Below, one piece after another: positions 1-10,304 of a stretch of 32,000 nt of DNA. This DNA is from Desulfobulbus propionicus DSM 2032 (lineage in GTDB: Bacteria; Desulfobacterota; Desulfobulbia; Desulfobulbales; Desulfobulbaceae), in NCBI RefSeq assembly GCF_000186885.1, contig NC_014972.1, positions 1,590,001-1,622,000 on the forward strand. Reading direction: 5' to 3'. Under the pieces are notes generated by a model. The model saw only the letters and a program-made list of their open reading frames with translations, was not told the DNA's origin and did no database searches. A program made the position numbers and the translations under genes. Position 1 is the first letter of the stretch; the number at the start of each line of letters is the position of its first letter.

Positions 1-12
1 GCGTGGAAAGCA

Positions 13-606
13 TTATAACCACCGACTAAGAACGTTTTTGATTCGCGAAGAAAAACGTTCAACTTCTTCGTTTGTAAGTGATTCTGCCTTATACAGTGAC
101 AGCATTTTAAACCGACAGCGCCGCGCACATGCGCCCAACAAAGCAATTCTGAGAATCCGTTTGACCGGTTGCCACAACATCAGGCGATCCACCCACCAGG
201 GCGAACCAAGTGTAGTGATGGCAAGCATTCTTTGAAGATTGCGGAGCCTCGGTTGTATCGGTCCGAGATCGGACGCATGATCATAGGCAACTCCGGGCGC
301 CCATACACGATCAAACCAGCCTTTTAAAATTGCAGGAAATCCGAACCACCATGTGGGAAATACAAGAATGATGGCCTCGGCACTGAGCAACTGTGAGATT
401 TCTTCTTTGACGGAATCAGCGTGGAACGAGGGGCTGTAGTAACTTCGGCGTTCGCTTTCCGTAAGCGAAGGCGAGAACTTGTCTAGATATAAATCTGTAC
501 TAATTACATCATGCCCGCTATCGACCAAGGTTTGTATGGCCGCACGCGCCAGGCAGTGACACAGACTGTCAGGTAGAGGATGTGCGATGACGACAAGACA
601 TTTCAT
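13..606 (-). CDS. Flavodoxin-like fold NAD(P)H dehydrogenase (quinone) family protein (Flavodoxin_2 / MdaB-KefF-like)
   Basis: ORF 13..660. The N-terminus MKCLVVIAHPLPDSL and the motif FPTWWFGFPAILKGWFDRV are typical of the Flavodoxin_2 family. I prefer the ATG at 606 over the GTG at 660 because family members start at MKxLxIxAHP. No clear SD. Confidence 0.75.
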   Translation of the reverse strand: MKCLVVIAHPLPDSLCHCLARAAIQTLVDSGHDVISTDLYLDKFSPSLTESERRSYYSPSFHADSVKEEISQLLSAEAIILVFPTWWFGFPAILKGWFDRVWAPGVAYDHASDLGPIQPRLRNLQRMLAITTLGSPWWVDRLMLWQPVKRILRIALLGACARRCRFKMLSLYKAESLTNEEVERFSSRIKNVLSRWL

Positions 607-891
607 AACAGGGCGGCCGATCGGTTCCGGTGCCTGCGCAGGAAAATTATGTTTCCGCACAACAGGTCGGATTTTTTATGAATACCCCCTGGCCTCCTGT
701 TCTCGAGGCTATCGCGCTGGGAACCAGGGGCACCGGGAGTTATAAGCCGGTGTCATCTTTTTAGGGTAAAGATTATAAAGAACGCCGGAATACAAACAGG
801 AAATTTTGGCCTCGCAAAGAGTTCAATATCCCGTCCTCAGAATTTGCAACCTCAAGGCCAACAATCAATACTCCGTTAGTGTGCCCCAAGT

Positions 892-925
892 GTGACCTGG
901 ATTTTTATTCCCAGGTCACTTTTAC
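892..925 (+). terminator. Orphan intrinsic-terminator-like hairpin (9-bp stem GTGACCTGG/CCAGGTCAC followed by TTTTACTTT)
   Basis: Perfect 9-bp inverted repeat at 892-900 / 911-919. The T-tract follows it only on the + strand, and no annotated + strand gene ends here. Confidence 0.45.
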
Positions 926-947
926 TTTCTATCTATCTGAAATTTTG

Positions 948-1024
948 TGGAGCCGATAACCGGACTTGAACCGGTGACCTACTGATTACGAATCAGCCGC
1001 TCTACCAAACTGAGCTATATCGGC
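948..1024 (-). tRNA. tRNA-Thr (anticodon CGT)
   Basis: The reverse complement folds as a cloverleaf: GCCGATA-TA-GCTC..GAGC-G-GCTGA-TTCGTAA-TCAGT-AGGTC-ACCGG-TTCAAGT-CCGGT-TATCGGC-T-CCA. The anticodon loop gives CGT and CCA is encoded. Confidence 0.9.
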
Positions 1025-1100
1025 CTTGGAAGGTGTGGGACGCGCATGGGATGCTTTGAGGTTTTATCATGTAGCAATTTTATGGTACAGTGTCAAGGTT

Positions 1101-2576
1101 ATGAAACGCTCTTTGCTGCTGTTCATCATTCTCCTTGTTCTGACTAGCTGCCGTCCGGACGAAAGCCCTCCGCAACAACAGGCTGGGGGGACTGCAGTTG
1201 TTCAACCGGCGGCAGAAGTACCGGTCAAAAAGGGGTGCGGCGGCTGCCACGGCACGGTGCTCCTCGATCCGGCCCACCAGCAACTGGCCTGCGTATCCTG
1301 TCATGGTGGCGAGGATGATGAATCGCGGATCGACAAAGCCCATGCCGGACTAGTCGCCAGGCCCAGTCATCCAAGCCATGCCGCTGCAACCTGCGGTTCA
1401 TGCCATCCCCGGCAGGTGGCGGATGCCGCTCAGGCCACGCACTATACGTTGGCAAACAAGATCAACCAGATTCGCCATCATTTCGGTGCCAGGGATACGC
1501 TGCGCGCGCCGGGGGAAATTCCAGTCACCACCCCGCCCGCCACCCCGATCGCCTTGGTCGACGACCTGCTCCGTCGGCGGTGCCTGCGTTGCCATGTCTA
1601 TACCTCCGGGGACGATTATCCGGCCGTCACCCACGGCACCGGGTGCGCCGCCTGCCATCTCGCCTTCGACAACGGCAAGATGAAAAGCCACGCCTTTGCC
1701 ACTCCCACCGACAAACAGTGCCTGAGTTGTCATTACGGCAACTATGTGGGTAGCGATTATTACGGTCGGTATGAGCACGACTACAATTGGGAATACCGCA
1801 CCCCTTATTTTTCTACGACCGAACACAACACCGCTCCCCGGCCCTATGGTGTCGAAAGCCACGATCTGTCCCCTGATCTGCATCGGCAGCGCGGTCTGGT
1901 CTGTATCGACTGCCACCCGAGGAATGGCCACCACATCAAGAAAACGATCGACTGCCGCAGCTGTCATGGCTGGCAGCCTGGCCAGCCGTTGCCGCCAACG
2001 GGCAATGTGCAGGTTGAGGACGCTGTGCTGGTGCTGAACGGCCGAGGCGACGGGCGCAAGCATCGAGTGCCGGCGTTACGCCATTCGGCTCATCGTCAAT
2101 ACGGCCAGCAGGTGGCCTGTCAGGTCTGCCATGGCCAATGGGGATTCAATGATGCCCCGATTCATCTGCTGCTTTCCTACCACGAAGAGTACGAGCCCTG
2201 GGAACGGCTGACCGTGCAGGCCAGTTCCGAGGTCGAATCTCTGCTCAACCACAATCTGTATTATTCGGATGAGGAACCGTTGGTCATGCGGGACGGGCTG
2301 AACGGTGAGGTGCGCCCAGGCGTCTGGTATCAGGGATACGGCCAGCGCCGTTGGGAACAAATACTCGTCGCCCGGGACAGTGATGGCGTGATCAAGGTGT
2401 TTCGTCCCTTGCTCGATCTTCGACTGTCCATGGTCCAGGCCGACGGCCGGGCATCCTTCGACAACCTTGGCGGCCAATCGTCTGGACTCCTGCCGTACAC
2501 GCCACATACCACCGGTCATGCGGGCCTGTTTTACCTCGACCGATTCCGGCATCTTCTGCCGCACGAAAGCAAATAA
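1101..2576 (+). CDS. Nonahaem c-type cytochrome, predicted lipoprotein
   Basis: ORF 1026..2576. ATG at 1101 gives the signal peptide MKRSLLLFIILLVLTSC with a lipobox (LTSC). Nine CxxCH motifs: CGGCH, CVSCH, CGSCH, CLRCH, CAACH, CLSCH, CIDCH, CRSCH, CQVCH. The last ~150 aa contain no haem motif. Confidence 0.85.
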   Translation: MKRSLLLFIILLVLTSCRPDESPPQQQAGGTAVVQPAAEVPVKKGCGGCHGTVLLDPAHQQLACVSCHGGEDDESRIDKAHAGLVARPSHPSHAAATCGSCHPRQVADAAQATHYTLANKINQIRHHFGARDTLRAPGEIPVTTPPATPIALVDDLLRRRCLRCHVYTSGDDYPAVTHGTGCAACHLAFDNGKMKSHAFATPTDKQCLSCHYGNYVGSDYYGRYEHDYNWEYRTPYFSTTEHNTAPRPYGVESHDLSPDLHRQRGLVCIDCHPRNGHHIKKTIDCRSCHGWQPGQPLPPTGNVQVEDAVLVLNGRGDGRKHRVPALRHSAHRQYGQQVACQVCHGQWGFNDAPIHLLLSYHEEYEPWERLTVQASSEVESLLNHNLYYSDEEPLVMRDGLNGEVRPGVWYQGYGQRRWEQILVARDSDGVIKVFRPLLDLRLSMVQADGRASFDNLGGQSSGLLPYTPHTTGHAGLFYLDRFRHLLPHESK

Positions 2577-2582
2577 TACCGA

Positions 2583-3431
2583 ATGGTCGCTGTGAAATAC
2601 CGGGCGCGTGCCGCTGTGACGATTCTTCTTGCGTTGCTGTTGGGTATCAGTTTTGGTTGCGCCTCCAAGGTGCCGAAAACCCGTGAAGGGGTCACCCAAT
2701 CAGGCAAAAAAAGAGCGAAAAGCAAGGCAACGCAACGGCCCTATGTGATCAACGGCATCACCTATTACCCCATTCCTTCGGCGGTGGGCTATGTGGAGCG
2801 TGGCCTGGCCTCGTGGTATGGTGAACCATTTCACGGCCGCAAAACTTCCAATGGCGAAACCTACAACATGTACGGCGACACCGCGGCCCACAAGACCCTG
2901 CCCATGGACACCATGCTGCTGGTAAAGAATCTGGAGAACGGCAGGTCCACGGTGGTGCGCATCAATGATCGCGGCCCCTTTGTCCAGGAACGGATCATCG
3001 ATTTGACCTACACCAAGGCCAAAGCCCTGGGCGTGGTCGGCAAGGGAACGGCGAAGGTGGAGATTGTCGCTCTTGGTGCGCAGGAACCGGAAGAAGCGCC
3101 GGCGGTGGCGGTCGCTCCGCCAGCCGCGGGCAAGCCGGCACAGTTGGCCAAGCCGAAAGCCAAACCGAAGAAGGCGCCGCCCATTCCGGATTTCGACAAG
3201 GGGAATTTTTATGTGCAGGTGGGGGCTTTCGTCAAGATCGAAAACGCCAGGACCCTGGCCAAGGCCTTTGCCAAGCGGGGGCGCGACGTCATCATTCAGC
3301 AGTATCCAGCTGCCGGCATGAACCTCTACCGGGTGATGATCTTTGCCAGCAACTCGCTGGCCAAGGCCAAACAGTACGAGCAGCAGATGAAGAACGAAGG
3401 GTTCCGTTACGCCTTACTGCTCGCCCGATAA
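2583..3431 (+). CDS. rlpA: Septal ring lytic transglycosylase RlpA (DPBB domain + C-terminal SPOR domain), lipoprotein
   Basis: Signal/lipobox LLGISFGCAS. RlpA DPBB signature ASWYGEPFHGRKTSNGETYNMYGDTAAHKTLPMDT..VRINDRGPF. Pro/Ala/Lys linker, then the SPOR-like FYVQVGAF...YRVMIFA. Confidence 0.9.
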   Translation: MVAVKYRARAAVTILLALLLGISFGCASKVPKTREGVTQSGKKRAKSKATQRPYVINGITYYPIPSAVGYVERGLASWYGEPFHGRKTSNGETYNMYGDTAAHKTLPMDTMLLVKNLENGRSTVVRINDRGPFVQERIIDLTYTKAKALGVVGKGTAKVEIVALGAQEPEEAPAVAVAPPAAGKPAQLAKPKAKPKKAPPIPDFDKGNFYVQVGAFVKIENARTLAKAFAKRGRDVIIQQYPAAGMNLYRVMIFASNSLAKAKQYEQQMKNEGFRYALLLAR

Positions 3432-4088
3432 GCGATACGTTTCGGCGCCACGGACGGAGCGGATAAATTGCTGGATCAGTTGATGATTTTTTTTCCCCGG
3501 CGCATCTTCCAACCCTGAGTTGGCATCGACGCCATAGGGACGAACCTGCGCCAGCGCCGGGACGATATTGGTGATATCCAACCCGCCGGCGAGGAGAAAG
3601 GGTTTGCCCGGTTGGAGGCGGTCGATCACCGTCCAATCAAAGGAAAGACCGGTTCCTCCAGTTGTATTTTTTTGATAGGTATCAAGTAGATATCCTTGAA
3701 CACAGCCCTCGTAGGGGGCCATGTCCTCGGCCTTGCTGTGCTCGCCAACCCGGAAGGCCTTGAGCAACCGACAGCAGGACAACAGCGTGGACAATTCCCG
3801 ACAGTAGGCCGGGGATTCACTGCCGTGCAGCTGGATATAGGCCAATCCGCAACGTGTGGCGATCTCCGCCACCCTCCGCATGTCCTCGTTCACAAACACG
3901 CCAACCGCATCGACGAAAGGGGGCAGCCGGTCAATGATGGTTCGTGCCGCCTGCGGCTCGATACAGCGCGGACTCTTGGCAAAGAAGATGAAGCCAAGCG
4001 CGTCGACTCCAGCCTCGGCGGCACAGAGCGCGTCCGGCAGGCGAGTCATGCCGCAGATTTTGATTCGGGTTCGCCAGGGACGGTTCAT
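3414..4088 (-). CDS. trpF: Phosphoribosylanthranilate isomerase
   Basis: IKICGMTRLPDALCAAEAGVDALGFIFFAKSPRCI and the C-terminal GVDANSGLE are typical TrpF. 4-bp ATGA overlap with trpC. The 3' end overlaps the 3' end of rlpA by 18 bp. Confidence 0.9.
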   Translation of the reverse strand: MNRPWRTRIKICGMTRLPDALCAAEAGVDALGFIFFAKSPRCIEPQAARTIIDRLPPFVDAVGVFVNEDMRRVAEIATRCGLAYIQLHGSESPAYCRELSTLLSCCRLLKAFRVGEHSKAEDMAPYEGCVQGYLLDTYQKNTTGGTGLSFDWTVIDRLQPGKPFLLAGGLDITNIVPALAQVRPYGVDANSGLEDAPGKKNHQLIQQFIRSVRGAETYRLSGEQ

Positions 4089-4849
4089 GCGGCGAGAAAT
4101 TCCCGTAAAAGCTGATCTTGCTTGCCGGCCCGCATCAGGCTCTCGCCGATCAGGGCCGCCTTGACGCCGGCCTCCTTCAACCGCTGCATATCCGCAACCG
4201 TGGTGATGCCTGATTCGCTGACCACCGGCGTGCCCTGGGGAATGTTTCGCAACAGGCGAAAGGTGGTTTCCAGGCTGACAGTGAAGTCGTTGAGATTGCG
4301 GTTGTTGATACCGATCAACCGGCTCTCGGCAGCCAAGGCCATGTCCAGTTCGTACTCGTCATGCACCTCGATCAGCGCATCCATGCCCAGGGATTCAGCC
4401 AGGAGCCGGTAATCCCGCAACTGGGCGGGATCGAGGATGGCGGCAATGAGCAGGATGGCATCGGCGCCGACCGCGTGGGCCTCCTCGATTTGCAACGGGT
4501 CGATAAGAAAGTCCTTGCGCAGCACCGGCAGGCTGACCGCCGAACGCACCAAGGGAATGTAGTCGAGCGAGCCCTGAAAAAAATCGACATCCGTGAGAAC
4601 GGACAGGCAATGGGCGCCGCCCGTCTGGTAGGCGCGGGCGATCCGCACCGGATCGAAATCGGGCTGGATGACACCTTTGGAGGGGGAAGCCTTTTTGGCT
4701 TCGGCAATGATCGCCACCCCTGGCGCGTCGACCAAGGCACGGATGAAACCGCGCGGTGGTTCCACCGATTGATTTCTTTGCGGCAGGCCACGCCGCTTCA
4801 ATGCGGCCACTTCTTCCTGTTTTCGAGCGACAATGGTATCGAGAATCAT
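4085..4849 (-). CDS. trpC: Indole-3-glycerol phosphate synthase
   Basis: ILDTIVARKQEEV, IIAEAKKASPSKG, LRKDFLIDPLQI and INNRNL motifs typical of TrpC. Position within the trp operon. Confidence 0.92.
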   Translation of the reverse strand: MILDTIVARKQEEVAALKRRGLPQRNQSVEPPRGFIRALVDAPGVAIIAEAKKASPSKGVIQPDFDPVRIARAYQTGGAHCLSVLTDVDFFQGSLDYIPLVRSAVSLPVLRKDFLIDPLQIEEAHAVGADAILLIAAILDPAQLRDYRLLAESLGMDALIEVHDEYELDMALAAESRLIGINNRNLNDFTVSLETTFRLLRNIPQGTPVVSESGITTVADMQRLKEAGVKAALIGESLMRAGKQDQLLREFLAA

Positions 4850-4857
4850 GGTAGCGG

Positions 4858-5886
4858 TCAGGTTCTGCTGAAACGGATTAGTTGCTCAAGTTTATCGAGT
4901 GCCGCGCCCGAGCGAACAACCTCACGGGCCAGGACTATCCCTTGGCTGATGGTGTCGGCCTTGCCGGCGGCCATCAGCGCCGTACCGGCATTGAGCAACA
5001 CCATGTCCAACTTGGCCCCGGGTTCGCCGCCGAGCACTGCCCGCACCTGGACCGCCGATTCCGCTGCCGTCCGCCCGCCCTTGATGGCGGAAAAGTCAGC
5101 GGTTTTCAGCCCCACGCTTTCGGGTGTCAAGGTGGAGGTGGCTACCTGGCCCTGGAAACCGTCGGCGATGTGGGTGGCGCCGGTGACGGTCATCTCGTCG
5201 AGGTTGCCTTCACCCCAGACGATGATTGCCCGCCGCATGCCCAGGCGGACCAGGACTTCCGCCAGGGTAACGGTCAGCTCCGGGGCAAACACGCCGGTCA
5301 GTTGTACATTGGCCCCGGCAGGATTGGTCATCGGGCCGAGAATGTTGAACAAGGTGCGGATGCCGATCTCTCGGCGCGGGCCGATGGCATACTTCATCGC
5401 CCCATGGAGCATTGGCGCAAAGAGAAATCCAATCCCCACCTCGCGCACGCAGGCGGCCACTTTTGTCGGCGGCATGCTCAGGTCGACGCCCAAGGCCTCG
5501 ATCACATCGGCGGCGCCGCAGTGCGAGGAAACGGCCCGATTACCGTGCTTGGCCACCGGCACTCCGGCCGCGGCCACCACAAAACAGGTGGTGGTCGAGA
5601 CATTGAAGCTGCCCGAACCGTCGCCGCCGGTGCCGACAATGTCCATCAGCACTTCGCCGGCCGCAGTATCGATGCCGGTATCGATGAATGTCGCCTTTTC
5701 CCGCATGACCTTGACCGCGCCGACAATCTCGTCGATGGTCTCGCCTTTCATCCGCAGGGCGGTAATGAAGGCGCCGATCTGGGCGGTCGTGGCCTCACCG
5801 CTCATGATTTCCTGCATTACCCCGATCATTTCCTGTTCGCTCAGGTGTTCAAGGGCGACTACCTTGGCAATGGCTTCTCGAATCAT
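4858..5886 (-). CDS. trpD: Anthranilate phosphoribosyltransferase
   Basis: GAFITALRMKGET, DIVGTGGDGSGSFNVST and KHGNRAVSS motifs typical of TrpD. Confidence 0.92.
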   Translation of the reverse strand: MIREAIAKVVALEHLSEQEMIGVMQEIMSGEATTAQIGAFITALRMKGETIDEIVGAVKVMREKATFIDTGIDTAAGEVLMDIVGTGGDGSGSFNVSTTTCFVVAAAGVPVAKHGNRAVSSHCGAADVIEALGVDLSMPPTKVAACVREVGIGFLFAPMLHGAMKYAIGPRREIGIRTLFNILGPMTNPAGANVQLTGVFAPELTVTLAEVLVRLGMRRAIIVWGEGNLDEMTVTGATHIADGFQGQVATSTLTPESVGLKTADFSAIKGGRTAAESAVQVRAVLGGEPGAKLDMVLLNAGTALMAAGKADTISQGIVLAREVVRSGAALDKLEQLIRFSRT

Positions 5887-5913
5887 GGTTCAACCTTTTC
5901 TGATTGCATGGAA

Positions 5914-6531
5914 TCACTGGCGCCTGCGCAGCAGTTGCGCATATTCCGGGCGGAGAAAGTTGTGCAGCAGGATATTGCCCGGCCCGGTCATGATCGATTC
6001 CGGATGGAACTGCACCCCCTCGATCGGCAGGGTTTTGTGCCGCAGGCCCATCAGCTCACCCTGGTCGGTATAGGCGGTAGCCTCCAGACAGTCGGGCAAG
6101 GGTTCTTCCACCACCAACGAGTGGTAACGCATGCCGTCAAAGGGGAGGGGCAGGCCGGTGAACACGCCGCGATTGTCGTGGTGGACGGGGCTGGTTTTGC
6201 CGTGCATCAGCCGGGTGGCGCGGATGACCTTGCCGCCGAAGGCCTCGCCGATCGATTGATGGCCGAGACAGACGCCGAGCACCGGGATGCGGCCGCTGAA
6301 ATGACGGATGGCGGCCATGGAGATGCCTGCCTCCGTGGGCGTGCAGGGGCCAGGAGAAATGAGCAGTCGGTCCGGTTGCAGGGCTTCGATTTCGGCCAGG
6401 GTGATGGCGTCGTTGCGGAACACGCGGATATCCGGAGCCTGCCAGCCAGCTGGCGCCGAAGGCGGGGCGGTGGCGAGGGTTTGCACGATGTTGTAGGTAA
6501 AGGAATCGTAGTTATCGATGATGACGATCAC
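5914..6531 (-). CDS. trpG: Anthranilate synthase component II (glutamine amidotransferase)
   Basis: [30 protein letters not shown] (catalytic Cys) and GVQFHPESI are typical class-I GATase TrpG/PabA. Sits between trpE and trpD. Confidence 0.9.
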   Translation of the reverse strand: MIVIIDNYDSFTYNIVQTLATAPPSAPAGWQAPDIRVFRNDAITLAEIEALQPDRLLISPGPCTPTEAGISMAAIRHFSGRIPVLGVCLGHQSIGEAFGGKVIRATRLMHGKTSPVHHDNRGVFTGLPLPFDGMRYHSLVVEEPLPDCLEATAYTDQGELMGLRHKTLPIEGVQFHPESIMTGPGNILLHNFLRPEYAQLLRRRQ

Positions 6532-6534
6532 AGC

Positions 6535-8022
<1,488 letters not shown>

Positions 8023-8171
8023 GGGTGATGCCTGCGAGACATGGATGATGCGGGGATAAGTCGGCTATTTTTTGTCATAACCGGACTGGAAACCGGTTGA
8101 TCGGGCGGGCCGCCGCTCGTTCTGACTGCAGCTCGGCGCTCCCGGTACGTGAAGCGGAGCCCTGCCTGTGG

Positions 8172-8213
8172 ACAACAAAAAAGGCCATGGGGGGCATGTT
8201 GCACCCATGGCCT
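8172..8213 (-). terminator. Rho-independent terminator downstream of rpsT
   Basis: On the minus strand, a 10-bp perfect stem AGGCCATGGG/CCCATGGCCT (8182-8191 / 8204-8213) is followed by TTTTTGTTGT. Confidence 0.8.
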
Positions 8214-8249
8214 AAACCTCACCGATTCGGAGAGAAGAACGACTCCACC

Positions 8250-8522
8250 TTAGGCAAGGGGTTGCATCTTGTTGACTCGCTTGGTCAGACGGGAAACCTT
8301 GCGGGACGCGTTCTTCTTGTGGATGGAACCCTTGGTGGATGTTTTGTAAATCACTGGAATGGCTGCTTGCAGAGCGGCTTTGGCCTGTTCCTCGGAACCG
8401 GCGGCAATGGCTTCTTCAACCTGACGAACAGCGGTTTTCATGGCCGACTTGTTCATTCGATTACGTAAACGACGCATTTTAGCCTGACGATCTCTCTTCT
8501 CTGCTGACTTGTGATTTGCCAT
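8250..8522 (-). CDS. rpsT: 30S ribosomal protein S20
   Basis: MANHKSAEKRDRQAKMRRLRNRMNKSAMKTAVR is the canonical S20 N-terminus. AGGAG SD upstream. Confidence 0.95.
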   Translation of the reverse strand: MANHKSAEKRDRQAKMRRLRNRMNKSAMKTAVRQVEEAIAAGSEEQAKAALQAAIPVIYKTSTKGSIHKKNASRKVSRLTKRVNKMQPLA

Positions 8523-8583
8523 GAGGACTCCTAACTCCTTATAAAAAGCATCAATGATGAAAGATTAAAAATTTAAAGGAAGT

Positions 8584-8612
8584 TTTATACAGAAAAAGCG
8601 CTGTGCTGTCAA
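8584..8612 (-). promoter_or_regulatory. Sigma-70-type promoter for rpsT (TTGACA-N17-TATAAA)
   Basis: Minus strand: TTGACA (8612-8607), a 17-nt spacer, then TATAAA (8589-8584). About 60 nt upstream of the rpsT ATG. Confidence 0.65.
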
Positions 8613-8641
8613 GCAGAGTCGCGATATACCGTCAGAGATTT

Positions 8642-9625
8642 TCACTGGGGCGCGGCCTCGCTCTCCAAGGCAACCCCAATGGCACCGCTAAGATCGGCCC
8701 CATCGATCTTTGCCTCGCCCAGATCAGCCCCGGAAAGGTTGGCGCCGGTAAAATCCGCGCGATACAGATCGGCCTCGCTCAAGTCCGCCTCCTGGAGTTG
8801 CGCACCGTGGAGGACGGCACCCTTAAGATTGGTTTCGCTCAAATCCGCTTCCCGTAGATCGCTATTGGAAAGATTCGCCCGTTCCAGATCAAATCCCGCC
8901 AAATCCCTGCCGGACAGATCCACGCCGGACAGATCGCATCCAACGCAGCGTTCTTGTTCGAACATTTGATCGATGAGCGTCTGTTTGCCAGCGTTGATTT
9001 CGTCGGTTGACGGCGCGGTCTCCGATGCGGGCTCGGAGATTCCGGCGGCGTCTGGTGGGTCGGCGGAAGGCTGCGCAGACGTTTCGGTCGGAAGAGCGGC
9101 ATCCGCGACCGGTTCGATGTCCGCGGCCTGGAGCATGCTTTCGCTCGGTTGTTGCCTCCGCACCGGTTGGTTATCTGGAGGAGAAACCGGGGCAGCAGGC
9201 GTCTCCGGTCGCACTTGGTCTGCATGGAGAAGCCGATTGACAATTCGGCCTTTCATTTTGGTGGCCTTGAAGATGGCGCCTTCAAGAGAGGCACCGGTCA
9301 GGTTGGCTCCTTCAAGGTCGGCGTAAGCTAAATCAGCGCCATGCAGATTGGCGTTTCGCAGATTGGCTTTTTTCAGGTTGGCGCCGGAGAGGTCGGCAAG
9401 GGACAACTGCGCGCCGGTGAGATTTGCGCCTTCAAGGTTGGCGTTTTCCAGCTTGCTTTGCCGCAGATCAGCGCCGGAAAGGTCGCAGGATGGACAGGTC
9501 TTTGACTTCAGCAGTCGTTGCATGTTCTTGTGCACGACTGACCGAGTGGAAGACGCCGCCCAGCACTCGGGCGCCAACAGGCCAATGACGGTGGCCAAAA
9601 CCAGGAAAGAGACACTGAATCGCAT
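8642..9625 (-). CDS. Secreted pentapeptide-repeat protein with two repeat modules
   Basis: ORF 8642..9682. ATG at 9625 has GAGGA 6 nt upstream and gives the signal peptide MRFSVSFLVLATVIGLLAPECWAASS. Two blocks of A(D/N)LxG-type pentapeptide repeats, each opened by a CxxC cap (KTCPSCDLSGADL and ERCVGCDLSGVDL), are joined by an acidic Pro/Ala/Ser-rich linker. Confidence 0.85.
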   Translation of the reverse strand: MRFSVSFLVLATVIGLLAPECWAASSTRSVVHKNMQRLLKSKTCPSCDLSGADLRQSKLENANLEGANLTGAQLSLADLSGANLKKANLRNANLHGADLAYADLEGANLTGASLEGAIFKATKMKGRIVNRLLHADQVRPETPAAPVSPPDNQPVRRQQPSESMLQAADIEPVADAALPTETSAQPSADPPDAAGISEPASETAPSTDEINAGKQTLIDQMFEQERCVGCDLSGVDLSGRDLAGFDLERANLSNSDLREADLSETNLKGAVLHGAQLQEADLSEADLYRADFTGANLSGADLGEAKIDGADLSGAIGVALESEAAPQ

Positions 9626-9755
9626 GGCATCCTCAAAAATAGGGGGGAGCGCTTCGAGCGGCACGCGCATGGGGGCGCGCACTGGCGGGTCACAGAAATC
9701 CGTCAGCGATCCTGCTCTTGCAGCTCAATCGCGAGCCAGCACCAGGGCTTGACCC

Positions 9756-10034
9756 TTATGGTTGAAGAGATGCCGCTCTGCGACCGGTTTTCTTTTGCGG
9801 TTGATTGTTTTGATCGTGTTCCAGCTTGTGTTCCTTGTCAAGTTCTTCCAGGTCCTTTTCTATTTTTTCTTGCCTCTTCTTGTTCTTCTCGATTTCCTCA
9901 GGCGTCAGTTGCGTGCGCTCGGGAGGGGATTTGGAAACATCAAGTCGAGGTGCGGCAAGACAGGCGGTGTTCAGCGCCGTCAAGACCAAAATTGTCGAAA
10001 GAGCGAGTGGGAGAATAACAGCCTTCTTCTGCAT
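9756..10034 (-). CDS. Small secreted Lys/Glu-rich hypothetical protein (92 aa)
   Basis: Strong SD (AGGAGG 5 nt before the ATG at 10034). N-terminal signal peptide MQKKAVILPLALSTILVLTALNTACLAAP, then a highly charged KE-rich region. No family recognised. Confidence 0.6.
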   Translation of the reverse strand: MQKKAVILPLALSTILVLTALNTACLAAPRLDVSKSPPERTQLTPEEIEKNKKRQEKIEKDLEELDKEHKLEHDQNNQPQKKTGRRAASLQP

Positions 10035-10166
10035 GCTTCCTCCTGATAACCGTTTGCAAAGAGAACGGTCCCGAATGCCTTGTCAGATGCTGCTGGATGT
10101 TGGGTAAGAGACTGAAGGACAGATTTGCCGCCGGAATGCAAACTGCGCGTCTAGTTCCTTCTTGCT

Positions 10167-10211
10167 AAAAAAACGATAAAAAAAAGGGTAGCTGGATTAC
10201 TCCAACTACCC
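10167..10211 (-). terminator. Rho-independent terminator of the tRNA-Val/tRNA-Asp operon
   Basis: Minus strand: 10-bp stem GGGTAGTTGG/CCAGCTACCC (one G-U pair) immediately after tRNA-Asp, followed by TTTTTTTTATCGTTTTTTT. Confidence 0.85.
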
Positions 10212-10219
10212 CTGTATAC

Positions 10220-10296
10220 TGGCGGGGCCGACGAGGCTCGAACTCGCGACCTCCGGCGTGACAGGCCGGCATTCTAACCAACTGAACTACGACCCC
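10220..10296 (-). tRNA. tRNA-Asp (anticodon GTC)
   Basis: Reverse complement GGGGTCGTAGTTCAGTTGGTTAGAATGCCGGCCTGTCACGCCGGAGGTCGCGAGTTCGAGCCTCGTCGGCCCCGCCA. Anticodon loop CTGTCAC. CCA encoded. Confidence 0.92.
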
Positions 10297-10304
10297 AGTA
10301 TATG

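Noticed and set aside
678-764. 28-aa + strand ORF (MNTPWPPVLEAIALGTRGTGSYKPVSSF) ending at a CACCGG/CCGGTG hairpin.
   Set aside because: No ribosome-binding site and no recognisable features. It most likely lies in the promoter region of the divergent flavodoxin-fold gene.
8023-8170. Possible trp leader peptide or attenuator upstream of trpE.
   Set aside because: No short ORF with tandem Trp codons. The only hairpin (AACCGG..CCGGTT) is not followed by a U-tract. No alternative terminator/antiterminator pairing is evident.
8642-9625. The 15-bp periodic DNA repetition as a tandem repeat or CRISPR-like array.
   Set aside because: The periodicity is the coding signature of pentapeptide repeats within one continuous ORF. 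There are no spacers or non-coding repeat units.
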